64,000 nucleotides of DNA from Mobula hypostoma (Eukaryota): NCBI RefSeq assembly GCF_963921235.1, contig NC_086097.1, forward strand, positions 23,934,001 through 23,998,000, read 5' to 3'. Shown in pieces: positions 12,735-24,160 of the stretch. A program made the position numbers and the translations under genes. How positions within the stretch are numbered: position 1 is the first letter of the stretch; each line of letters begins with the position of its first letter. Under the pieces are notes generated by a model that saw only the letters and a list, made by a program, of their open reading frames with translations, searched no databases and was not told the DNA's origin.

Positions 12735-13240
12735 TTGAATGCAGTTCTAGTCACATACTTACAGAAATATTATCAATCAAATTGAAGGAGTGCAGAGAAA
12801 ATTTAAAGGGATGTTGCTGGGACTTGAGGACCTGAGTTATAAGGACTTTATTCCCTGGAGCATAGGAGAATGAGGGGATATACAATTACGAGTGGTATAT
12901 ACAGGGTAAGTGCAAGCAGGATTTCCCACAGAAGTTGGGTGAGACTAGAACAAGAGGTCTTGGGTTAAGAGTGAAAGGTGAAATGTTTAAGGGGAATATG
13001 AGAGAGAACTTAATCATGCAGAGGGTGTTGAGAATGTGGAATGAGCTGCCAAGGAAACTGGTGGATGCAGATTTGGTTACAACTTTTAAGAGAAATTTCG
13101 ATAGATATTTGGATGGTAGGGCTATAGAGGGCTACGTTCTGGTTGCAAGTCGATGGGACTAAGCAGAATAATAATTACACTTGGACTCGATGGATCAAAG
13201 GGCTTGCTTCTTTGCTGTACTGTTCTACGAACACTATGAC
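12735..13240 (+). mobile_element. CR1 LINE 3' fragment
   Basis: ORF 12935..13162 ETRTRGLGLRVKGEMFKGNMR...QRVLRMWNELP. Confidence 0.85.
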
Positions 13241-13509
13241 TTTACTAACTATTGGCCAGGAAGCATATCATGATTTATCTGTTCTTCTTAGTGCTATGAT
13301 GACTCTTCTACCCTCTTAAGGAGCAGACAGCTGGTTAAAATTATCAGTTTAAAAGACAACACTTTGGGCAGTAGGCTTTTCTTCAGACAATCAACAGTGC
13401 TGGGTTAGATATCTGTGCATATCCCTGGGCTCTGAGCCAAGAGTGCCAACCATTGAGTCATGGCAGTGACATTAACCAATTGCTGGCAATTAGCCAACAT
13501 CTCTCAGTA

Positions 13510-15310
13510 TTCTAGAACATGGAACATAGAGCACGACAGCACAATGCATGCCCCTTGATCCATGATGTTGTGCCAACCTTGTAAACTACTCCAAGTTCAA
13601 TCTAACCCTTCCCTCACACAGACAGTAGCCCTCCGTTTTCTTTCTTTTATTGACCTACAGGGCCTATAAAAAGTATTAACACCGCCACCCCCCTTGGAAG
13701 TTTTCATGTTTTATTGTTTTACAGCATTGAATCACAGTGGATTTAATTTGGCTTTTTTTGACAATGATCAACAGAAAAAGACTCTTTTGTGTCAAAGTGA
13801 CAACAGATCTCTACAAAGTGATCTAAATTATTTACAAATATAAAATCCAAAATAATTAATTGTATAAATATTCACCCTCTTTAATATGACACACCCAATC
13901 ATCACTGGTGCAGCCAATTGGTTCTAGAAGTCAGATGATTAGTTAAATGGAGATCACCTGTGTACAGTCAAGGTGTTTCAATTGATTGTAGTAAAAATAC
14001 ACCTGTATCTGGAAGGTCCTATTGCTAGTGAGTCAGTAACCAACTGATCCCTTGGAGTACAATTAAGTCAATCATCAAGAAATGGAAGAAATATGGTACA
14101 GCTGTAAATCTGCCTAAATTTGACTGTCCTCAAAAACTGAGTGACTGTGCAAGAAGGAGATTAGTGAGGGAGGCCAACGAAAAACGTGTAACAACTCTAG
14201 AGGAGTTACAAGCTTCAGTGGCTGAGATGGGAGAGACTGCACATACAACAACTGGAGCTTGTGTGCTTCACCAGATGAAAAATATGTCCAGATATGCAGA
14301 GCTGATAGAGACCTATCCACACAGACTCAAGACTGTAATTGCTGCCAAAGGTGCTTCTATTAAATTCTGATTTGTAGAGGCTGAATAATTATGCAATCAA
14401 TTATTTTGTGTATAGTAATTATAATAAATTTAGACCAATTTGTAGAAATTTGTTTTCACTTTTACACGAAGAGTCTTTTCTGAACACTGTGATTCAATGT
14501 TGTAAAACAATAAAACATGAAAACTTCCAGGGGGTGAATACATTTTATAGGCACTATATCTAAGAATCTCTTAAATTTCCTATAGTATTAGCCTCTACCA
14601 CGACTATTGACAGTGTGTTCCATACATTTATTAATTTCTCATTCAAAAAACCTACTTCTAGCATACCCTCCCATTACTTTCCTCCAATCATCTTAAAAAT
14701 ATGTCCTTCTTGTATTAGCATTGCTGCACTGGGAAGATAGTGCTGGCTGTCCATTCTATCTATGCCTCTTATCATCTTATATACCTCCATCAAGCCTCTT
14801 CTTATCCTCCTCCTCCTCTCCAAAGAGAAAAGCCCAAGCTCACTCACCCTTTCCTCATCAGACAAGTTCTCTGATCCAAGTAGCATCCTGGCAAATCTCC
14901 TTTGCACTCTCGAAAGCTTCCATATCCTTCCCATAATGAGGTGACGAGAAATCCGTGTGGTCTAACAAGTTTTACAGAGCTACAACATTACCTTGAGGCT
15001 CTTGAACTCAATCCCCTGACTAATGAAGGCCAACACACCGTTCACCTTTTTAACCACCCTTATCAGCTTGCTTGACAACTTTGAGGGATGTATGGACATG
15101 GTCTGCAAGATCCCTCGTTCCTCCACGCTGCTAAGAATCCTGCCATTAGCTCTGTATTCTGCTCTTAGATTTAACCTTCCAAAGTGTATCACATCAGACT
15201 TTTTCGGGTTGAGCTCCATCTGGCACTTCTCAGCACAGCTCTGCATCCTGTCAATGACCCATTGTAACTTCAGACAACCTTCTACACTATCCAGAACACA
15301 CCAAATTTCA
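13510..15310 (-). mobile_element. CR1 LINE 3' fragment interrupted by a Tc1 element
   Basis: ORFs 14674..14934 and 14980..15321 (RVQRRFARML, LGLFSLERRR, VIHFGRLN); 3' UTR at 13510-13655 continues after the Tc1 at 14559. Confidence 0.85.
13658..14556 (+). mobile_element. Internally deleted Tc1 (IR/DR-type) DNA transposon
   Basis: TA flanks (13656-57, 14557-58); ~200-bp inverted ends CAGGGCCTATAAAAAGTATT / AATACATTTTATAGGCACTA; transposase remnants IPWSTIKSIIKKWKKYGTAVNLP...LVREA and LIETYPHRLKTVIAAKGASIKF; catalytic DDE region absent. Confidence 0.92.
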
Positions 15311-15894
15311 CATCTTCTCAAGATAGCAAGAATTGCTTAGTACAATGGTTGTTGCACTGGTTTTAATTTTCCATAATTCCCTTGGTTTGCAGAATTTTCC
15401 ATTGACTTAGAAAATAATTCAGGGTCAAGTTTATTGTCATTCAACCGTGCACATGTATACCACAAAACGAAAAATGTTCCTCCGGACCAAAGTGTACAGC
15501 ATAATACATACAACTCACACACAACACATGAAGTAGTATTACATAAAGTGTCGTGTTAAGTAAGTAAGAGCAGATGTAGTTCCTTTATCAAAAGGGGAAG
15601 GAGACAGAGAAAAGGAAACGAGGAACCAACTAGCTTCATATGTCATTGGGAAAATGTTGAAGCTATTATGGATGACATTATTGCAGGGGACTTAAGAAAA
15701 TGTCAAGGTAATCAGGTAGTTAACATGATTTTGGGAAAATGAAATTATCCTTGACCAATGTATTGAAGTTCTTTGAAGAAGTAACATGAATTGTATATGA
15801 AGAGAAATAGGGGGCTGGATTATATTTAAATTTCAGGAAGAAAACTAATGAAGTGCTGCATAAAAGGTTATTGTAGAAGATAATGTCTTATAAT

Positions 15895-16390
15895 GTAGCA
15901 CGCACAAAATGCTGGCGGAACTCAGCAGGTCTGCCAGCATCAACGGGGAGGAATGAGGTGTCACCATTTCGGGCTGAGACCCTTCATCAGGATGGAAAGG
16001 AAGGGGGGAGAAGCCAGAATAAGAAGGTGGGGGAAGGGGCAGGAGAATGAGTTGGAAGGTGATAGATGAAGCCAAATAAAGGGGGAGATGGCTGGGTGGG
16101 GGAGACAGGATGAAGTAAGAAGCTGGCAGGTGATTGATGGAAAAGGTAAAGGGCTGAAGAAGAAGAAATCTGATAGGAGAGGACAGTGGACCACAGGAGA
16201 AAGGAAAGAACCAGGGGTACCAGAGGGAGGTGATTGGCAGGTATGGAGCAGAGAAGGGGTGTGATCGGAGCCAGAAAAGGAAATGGAAAAGTAGAGAATG
16301 GGGAAGGGGGAGAAATTATCGGAAGTTGAAGAAATCTATATTCATGTCGTCAGGTTGGAGGCTACTCAGACAGGATATGATGTAGTTCTC
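15895..16390 (-). mobile_element. Penelope-like element 3' fragment
   Basis: Minus strand has the PLE ORF end (SLQPDDMNIDF), a pyrimidine-rich UTR and CTGATGA-AGGGTCTCAGCCC-GAAA-TGGT. Confidence 0.8.
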
Positions 16391-16779
16391 CCCACCCCCA
16401 CCCACCTTTCCATTAGCAAGACGTGCATGTTGAACTTCAATCAGAATGCTTCTGATTTTATAATTTTAAAGGAACTGGAAAGACATATTCCTCTTAATTT
16501 AATAATGCTGTCACCAAGAACAGCTTATGTATCGATTTCAGAGTCTGGCCATGGGGATCTACCCTTTATTAGCACTGGGACAACTCCCTAAACCCACTCC
16601 TCTGTCTTTGGAATTTGGGAGGACAGGAGCATTGGAGGGAACTGACAGAGAGAACATACCAACTCCTGACAGATAGTGCTGGATTTGAGCACCACCTGCT
16701 GATCACTGGCACTGAAATAGTGTCATTCTAACTGCGATGTCACCATGCTGTCCCACTTCAAATATTCCAAATGGATTCC

Positions 16780-17437
16780 GCTAAGATGGTGGCATGCTTG
16801 GTCTCAGCGGTGTTTCTGGGTCCAATGAACAGGGCAAATGAGTGCCTTAAGCACTTTTCTTAGGATCTCAAGATGCTGTTTGGACATCAGTAATACGAAA
16901 CACTGCAAGTCTGGTACAGTGGCTCATTGGGTCATTGGTGGGACTGGCGGCAGTGAACTGCATGGCCTCATTTGTTAGGCAGACCAGGCCCTCGTGCCAC
17001 AGTGTCCCTCGCCTTTTACAGGCACCCAGGGGAGGAGATGCTGGGGGCACTGTGGCAGAGAACAGAGACGGGGCAGGCTCGCTGAGGTAGAGCCTGGCCC
17101 CTGCAGGCCAGATCTCCTGTTGGTGCTGCCGTCTAGTATTTGCTCCCGGATGATAAGCTGGATTGCTTTCATCTGCGACTGACCCAGCAGAGGACTGCGG
17201 AACTGCTGCATGCTTGCTCTTGCAGGATTGTGGCTCCAGGACGACATCCCTTGCACCATCGATCTTCAGGCCATGATGCTCAGGGACTTGTGCTAATGTT
17301 ATTTTTGTGACTCTATGTCCTGCCGTTACTATATGTGTCAGGTATTGTGTGTGACTGTATGTACTGTGGGCCTGGAGGAATGGTGCTTCATTTAGCTGCG
17401 TACGTGTGTGGTTGAGTGACAATTGAACTTGAACTTG
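16780..17437 (+). mobile_element. Non-autonomous element with an AAGATGG start and Rex/Babar-like (TTGAAC)n tail
   Basis: Begins near CTAAGATGGTGG, GC-rich non-coding body, ends GAGTGACAATTGAACTTGAACTTG. Confidence 0.55.
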
Positions 17438-17769
17438 CTTGTCTTTAAGTTATAATTTATTCTGTCGATGTATCTAAATTTCCATCTTTATTTATTTAGT
17501 GTTGGCGGTTGGTGGAAGGAACCTTTAGCTTTATTGAAAGGTCTAAATAGAGTGGAAGTGAAGAGGATGTTTCATATGGTGGGGAAGTCTGAGAATCTGG
17601 GACCTACTACAAGCCTGAGAATGCAAGGAAGTCCATTTAGAACTGACATGAGGAGAAATGTCCTCAGTCAGAGGGTAGTGAATCTGTGGAATTCAAAACA
17701 AACAGACGGCTGAGGAAGTCAGGTCATTGGGCACATTGAAAGCAGAGTTTGTTAGGTTCTTCATTAGAG

Positions 17770-18600
17770 TTGTAGAACACTACAGCACAGAAACAGGCCC
17801 TTTGGCCCATCTAATCCATGCTGCACTATTAAGCTGCTTAGTTCCATCAACCTGCACCCGGACCATAGCCCTCAATGCCACTCCCATCCACGCACCTATC
17901 CAAACTCTCTTAAATGTTGATTTCGAAACTGCATCCACCACTTCTGCTGGCAGCTCATTCCACACTTGCACCAACCTCTGACTGAAGAAGTTCCCCCTCA
18001 TGTTCCCCTGAAACATTTCACCTTTCACTCTCAACCCATGACCTCCAGTTCGAGTCTCACCCAACCTCAGTGGAAAAAGCCTGCTTGCATTTATTCTGCC
18101 TTTACCCCTCATAATTTTGCATACCTCTATCAAATCTCCCTCATTCTTCTATAAAATCCTAACCTATTCAACCTTACCCTATAACTCAGATCCTAAAGTC
18201 CTGGCAACATCCTTGTAAGTTTTCTCTGCACATTTTCAATCTTATTGGCATCTTCCCTGTAGGTAGCCGACCAAAACTGCAGTCGGTACTCTAAATTAGG
18301 TCTCACCAAATCTTATGCAGCTTCAACATAACATCACAAGTCCTATACGCAGTACTTTGATTTGTGAAGTCTATTGTGCCAAAAGCTTTCTTTATAACCT
18401 AATCTACTTGTGACACCACTTTCAAAGAATTATGGATTGGTATTCCCAGACTCTCTGTTCTACCGTTCTCCTCAGTGCCCTACCCTAGGTTATCCTCCCA
18501 AAGTGGAACACCTCACATTTGTCTGCATTAAAATCCACCTGCCATTTTCACCCCATATTTCTAGCTGGTCCAGATCCCGCTACAAGCTTTGATAGTCTTC
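17770..18600 (-). mobile_element. CR1 LINE 3' fragment
   Basis: ORF 17780..18133 IEVCKIMRG...TGGHGLRVKGEMFQGNMRGNFFSQRLVQVWNELP. Confidence 0.88.
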
Positions 18601-18639
18601 CACCAAAATCATTCTCTGTCTATCAAAATACAGAATAAC

Positions 18640-20330
18640 AGAATTAGAATCAGGTTTAATATCACCAGCATACATCATGAAACTTACTGTCTTGCAGCAG
18701 CAGTACGTAATAATAAAAACTATAATTTGCAATAAGAAGTATTTATTAGATATGTGGTGGGAAAATATACTGAGAAGTCCTGAGGAAGGGTCTCGGCCCG
18801 AAACGTTGACTGTATTCTTTTCCATAGATGCTGCCTGGCCTGCTGAGTTCCTCCAGCATTTTGTGCGTGTTGCCAAGGAAGTCTGCATGGGTTCATTGTC
18901 CATTCAGAGGTCTGATAAAAACAAGGAAGAAACTGTTCCTGAAATGTTGAGTGTGTGTCTTCAGTCTCCTGTACCTCTTCCTCGATGAAAAGAGGGCAAG
19001 TCCTGGGTCGTGGGAGTCCTTAATGATGGATGCCACCTTTTTGAGGCATCACCTTTTGAAGGTGTTTTGGATGATGGGGAGGCTAGTGCCCATGATGGAC
19101 TCTTCCGATCCTGTGCAGAGGCCCCTCCATACCAGACAATGATGCAACCGGTTAGAATGTTCTCCATTGTACATCGGTAGAAATTTGTGAGTGACTTTGG
19201 TGACACAGCAATCTCCTCAAACTCCAAATGAAGTATGGCTGCTGTTGTCCCTTCTTTATAATTGCATCAGTACATTGGGCCTAGAATAAATCCTCTGAGA
19301 TGTTGACACCTAGGAACTTCAAACTGCTCACTCTTTCCACTGCTGATTCCTCGATGAGACTGGCGCGTGTTCCATTGGCTTCCCCTTCCTGAAGCACACA
19401 ATCAGTTCCTGGGTTTTACTGATAATTAGTGCAAGGTTGTTCCTATGACACCACTCAACGAGCTGATCTATCTCGCTCCTGTACGCCTCCTCATCACGTC
19501 TGAAATTCTGCCAACAATAGTTGTGTTGTCGGCAAATTTATAAATGGTGTTTCAGCTGTGCCTAGCCACACAATTGTGGGTATAGAGAAAGTAGAGCAGT
19601 GGGCTGAGGACAGATCCTTGAGGAGCACCAATATTGATTGTCAGCGAGGAGAACATGCTATTTCCAATCCGCACAGACTGTGGCCTCACAATGAGGAATA
19701 CAGAGGCCCAGGTTTTGGAGTCTTTTGGTTAAAACTAGGCACTAGTCAATAAACAGTAGCTATTACTAACAAGTAGAACTATTGACCAGGTGATCAAAGG
19801 CTGAGTGGAGAGCCAGTGAGATTGTATCCACTGTAGACCTATTGTAACGATAGGCACGTTGCAGTCCATGTCCCTGCTTAGGCAGGAGTTGAATTTAGCC
19901 ATGACCAGCCTCAAAGCTCTTGATCACAGTAGTTATGAGTGCCACTGGGCCATAGTCATTGAAGCAGCTCGTCCAACTCTTCTTGGGCACCGGTATGATT
20001 GTCGTCCTTTGGAAGCAGTTGGGAAACTCTAACTGCAGCAGTGAGAGATTGATGATGTCCTTGTACACTCCCATCAGTTGGTTGGCACAGGTATCAGTCC
20101 CACCATTATTGGCCTGACGCCTTGCGAGGGTTCACCCTCATGAAAAATGTTCTGACATCACCCTCCGAGGCTGAGAGTCACTGGATGCTGCAGGGATTCG
20201 AAGAGATGTATTTTTATTCTCACTTTCAAAGCATGCATAATGGTGCTGACCTCATCTAGGAGTGATGCATTACTGCCATTCATCATGTGAAATTTCACTT
20301 TGTAGGAAACTTATGTATCCGGTCCCTCAC
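18640..20330 (-). mobile_element. Rex1/Babar-type LINE, decayed ~1.7-kb RT-containing fragment
   Basis: LTNFYRCTMENILTGCIIVWYG (18961..19227); RT motif IYKFADNTTIVG near 19510-19547; 3' UTR; Penelope insert at about 18770-18873. Confidence 0.85.
18776..18811 (+). ncRNA. Minimal type I hammerhead ribozyme motif (Penelope-like element)
   Basis: AGTC (stem I), CTGAGGA core, A, GGG-TCTCGG-CCC (stem II), GAAA, CGTT (NUH=GUU), GACT (stem I'). Activity not shown. Confidence 0.75.
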
Positions 20331-21720
20331 AATACCTTCCAATAATCACTACTAACGTCAGGCTTACTGGTGTATAGTTTCCTGACTTATTCTTAAAGCC
20401 TTTCTTAAACAATGGAACATTAGCTGTCACCATTAACTGCACCTTACCCGTGGCTCAGGACATTTTAAGTATCTCTGCTAGAGCCCCTACTATTCCTGCA
20501 CTAGCCTCCCACATGATCTGAAGGAACACCTTGTCAGACCCTGGGGATTTATCCACACTAATTTACCTCAGGGCAGCAAACGCCTCCTCCTCTGTAATCT
20601 CTACAGGGCCCATGACCTCTTGCTGCATTGCCTCACATCTGTGTCCAACTCCCGAGTAAATACAGATGCAAAAGAAATTTTTTAAGATCTTCCCCATCTC
20701 TTTCGGCTCCATGAATAGATTACCAGACTGACCTTTCAGAGGACTAATTTTGTGCCTTGCTATCCTTTTGCCTTCAACCTTCTAATATTGGATCCTCAAC
20801 TTTTTTTCCTCCAGTCCTGATGAAGGGTCTCAGCCCGAAATGTTAACTGTACTCTTCCATAGATGTTGTCTGGCCTGCTGAGTTCCTCCAGCATTTTGTC
20901 TGTGTTGCTTCAATTTCCAGCACCTGCAGATTTTCTCTTGTTCGTATCCCATGGGATTCTCCTTTTTTTTCTCGTTCACCTTGTCTGCTGGAGCAATCTC
21001 ATGCTTTCTTTAAGCCCGATTTCCTTCTCTTGCATTTGTTATACTCCTCAAGTACCCCATTTGCTCCTTGCTGCCTATACCTGCTATGCACCTCCTTCTT
21101 TTTCTTAATCAGGGCTTCAATATCTCTCAAAAACCAAAGTTCCCTAAACCTGTTACCCTTGCCTTTTATTTTGACAGGAACACAAAAACTCTGTACCCTC
21201 TAAATTTCACTTTTGAAGGCCTCCCACTTACCAAATACACCCTTTACCAGAAAACAACTTGTCTCAATCCACACTTGCCAGATCCTTTCTGATACCATCA
21301 AAATTGGCCTTTCTCCAATTGAGAATCCCAATTTAAGGACCAGAATTATTCTCCATAATTATCTTGAAATTAATAACATTTGGATCGCTAGATACATCGT
21401 GTTCCCCTTCTCAAAGCTCTGTCACTTGCCCAGTCTCATGGTAGATGTAGTATTGAACACTCTCTAATTGGAACCTCTATATTATGATTAAGGAAACTTC
21501 CTTGAACACATTTGACCAATTCTACCCTCTTTTACTGTATTGAAATCTCAATCAGTATGTGGAAAGTTAAAATCACCTACTATCTCAATCTTATGTTTCT
21601 TGCAACGGTCTGTAATCTCTCTCCAAATTGCTCCTCTAAATCCTGAATACTGTTGGGTGGTCTGCAGTTTAATCGCGTTAATGTGATCATCCCTTTCTTA
21701 TTCATCAGTTCCTCCTTAGT
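20330..21720 (-). mobile_element. Decayed CR1 ORF2 fragment (APE to pre-RT region) with a Penelope insert
   Basis: Antisense CCCTGGGGATTTATCCAC (VDKSPG) and GAAAGTTAAAATCACCTAC (VGDFNF). Confidence 0.8.
20795..20940 (+). mobile_element. Penelope-like terminal repeat with a near-intact hammerhead
   Basis: CAGTC-CTGATGA-AGGGTCTCAGCCC-GAAA-TGTT-AACTG at 20812-20849, plus family tail. Confidence 0.8.
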
Positions 21721-21857
21721 CTTTGTAAGGGCGTCAAAGTTTACGGGGCGAAAGGAGGAGCATAGTGTTGACAAGGATGATAAATCAGTAATGATGGAAT
21801 GGTGGAGCAGGCTCGATGGGCCAAACAGCCTAATCATGCCTCTGTATCTTATGGTCC

Positions 21858-22235
21858 TCCAACCTTGTCATGATTTGGAGGTTTGCATCCCTCAATGACC
21901 CAGAGAGCTATGTTGGCTGGAGTTTGGGCTTTATGCTTTAGCTCTTGCTAGGGTCACCCATGCCAAACAGGTCAAAGGGTAGACTGAGAGTGGTCCATCG
22001 ATCCTCCGGGTTCTGAGATTCAGCTCAGGGCTAATAACCCTGAATGGTGAAACAAAATTGTTACGGAAACAGCAGTGAAGAATCCTTCTACCTCTGAGTC
22101 CCCACCCAGAACCTGCAAGACTGACAGTGGTGAAAATGGAGAGGAAGCTACTGGCACGATCGTGGAAGCTCTGAACACTGCCAGGGATGGAGGGTCTTCA
22201 TTGCTGCCGGAAACACTAGTGGCATAACAGGTGGA
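21858..22235 (+). mobile_element. Non-autonomous RTE-derived (5'UTR + 3' end) element
   Basis: CCTTGTCATGATTTGGAGG...CTCAATGACCCAGAGAGCTATG and GGGTCACCCATG resemble RTE/Expander 5' UTRs; homologous to 31280-31602. Confidence 0.7.
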
Positions 22236-22782
22236 ACAAACGAATCTTAGTTTGCATTGTTAATGAATCAGTTGCTGGCATTTCCACTTTAAGACAAGCA
22301 ATGAGTGCCATCACCGAGCAGAGCTGCTGGTGCCCAGTGACATTTAAATCCATCACTCACGTATTAGAAGCCAAATTAGCAATACAAAATCACCTCCAGC
22401 ACATTGACTGCTAAAGGCTCCAGTTTGACTTCAGACTTGGAACACTATAAATACATGAGTCAGTCGGGTGCAGGAGTACTCGATGCAAGGGCAAGGGGTG
22501 ATGAAAAGGCAGAATTATCTCTTCATTTCTTTTTCTCAAGCTGAAGACCCTATAATTTTATTTTCAATTCTAAAAGTCAAAAAGAAATACATTTGGAAAA
22601 AAAAAATAAATCCATGAATTAAAAAGGGTAATTGAAATTGGGCGAAGAGCAGGTAGAATATAGGCAGCCTGCTTTACAATCCACCCCATGATCTTTTTAT
22701 CTTCACTTTAAAAAATAAGGCTTACGTTTTAAGACACCTTTCATGTCATTCCCAGAATGCATAACAATCGATAAAGAACGTC

Positions 22783-23040
22783 AGGGTGGCATAGCAGTGT
22801 AGCAGTTCGTGTAACACTTTACAGTGCCAGTGGCCTGGGTTCAATTCCTGCTGCTATCTGTAAGCAGTTTCTGTGTACTCTCCAGCACCACCTGGGTTTC
22901 CTCCAAGTGCTCCAGTTTCCTCTCACGTTCCAAAGATTTTCAGGTTAGTAGGTTAATTGGTCACGTGGGTGTAATTGGACAGCGAGGGCATGCTGTTTGG
23001 AACGGCACTGTTACCGCGCTGTATCTCCCCATACAGTAAA
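22783..23040 (+). mobile_element. HE1-type V-SINE with CR1-like tail
   Basis: Head with GGTTCAATTCC; V-domain GGGTTTCCTCCAAGTGCTCCAGTTTCCTC; tail CGCGCTGTATCTC. Confidence 0.8.
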
Positions 23041-23204
23041 TGAAATGAACAACAATGTTGCCTTTGTCAGAAACAAGCTGGTTGGGTTGTCCACAGCAAG
23101 CTCCCTCAGTGTGGGAAGGAGCCCAAGGATAACTCCTTTTGGTTTCCTTTGAAAGATCCCTCCTTATACATCCACTTGACAGGGAAGGCAAGAATCTGTT
23201 TTTA

Positions 23205-23525
23205 CGAGGGGTGATTGATAAGTTTGCGGCCTAAGGTAGAAGGAGTCAATTTTAGAAAACCTAGCACATTTATTTTTCAACATAGTCCCCTCCTACATTT
23301 GCACACTTAGTCCAGCGGTCGTGGAGCACACGGATCTTGGTCCTCCAGAAAGTGTCCACAGCAGGGGTGATTGATAAGTTCGTGGCCTAAGGTAGAAGGA
23401 GATGAGTTATTAAATTCAAATTTTCTGCATAATCACTGAAAGAGTTGAACTCCATGTGCATGCAACGAGAGCTGTATAACTCATCGCCTTCTACATAAGG
23501 CCACAAACTTATCAATCACCCCATG
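23205..23525. mobile_element. Mariner-type MITE (321 bp) with three TIR copies
   Basis: TA flanks; CGAGGGGTGATTGATAAGTTTG...CAAACTTATCAATCACCCCATG; extra internal TIR at 23362-23410. Confidence 0.9.
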
Positions 23526-23714
23526 TATGTCTCATTGGAAAGAAGACACTTGCAACACTCCGTAAGAGAAATGAGAAAAACTGCAGGTTCTGGAAATCTG
23601 AAATAGAAACAATAAATACTGCGAAGAGTCAGATGGTCAGGTAGCATCTGAGAGAGAAACAGAGGTAACATTTTTAGAAGTTTTAAATTCAATGCGCCCT
23701 CAGTATTGTATCAG

Positions 23715-24160
23715 CTATCAGGCAAAGTGCTTGAACTCAAATTTCTGATCTATGCCTCTTATCATCTGGTACACCTCTATCAAATTGCCTCTCATCCTCC
23801 TTCGCTTCAAAGAGAATAGCCCTAGCTCACTCAACCTGTCCTCATAAGTCATATTCTCCAATTCAGGCAACATCCTGATAAATATCCTTTGCATCTTCTC
23901 TAAAGCTTCCACATCCTTCCTATAATGAGGCAACCAGAACTGAACACCATGTTCCAAAGTGTGGTCTAACCAGGGTTTCATAGAGCTGCAGCATTACCTC
24001 GCCGCTCTGGAACTCAATCCCCCAACTAATGAAGGCCAGGACACTGTACGCCTTCTTAACAACTCCATCAACTTGTGCAGCAACTATGAGGGGCGTAAAC
24101 GCCCAAGATCCCTCTGTTCCTCCACACTGCTAAGAGTCCTGCCATTAGCCTTCATATTCC
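23715..24160 (-). mobile_element. CR1 LINE fragment
   Basis: ORF 23718..23981 LEHGVQFWLPHYRKDVEALEKMQR...LGLFSLKRRRMRGNLIEVY. Confidence 0.88.

Noticed and set aside
16868..17422. 184-aa minus-strand ORF
   Set aside because: Antisense to a GC-rich repeat; no domain motifs.
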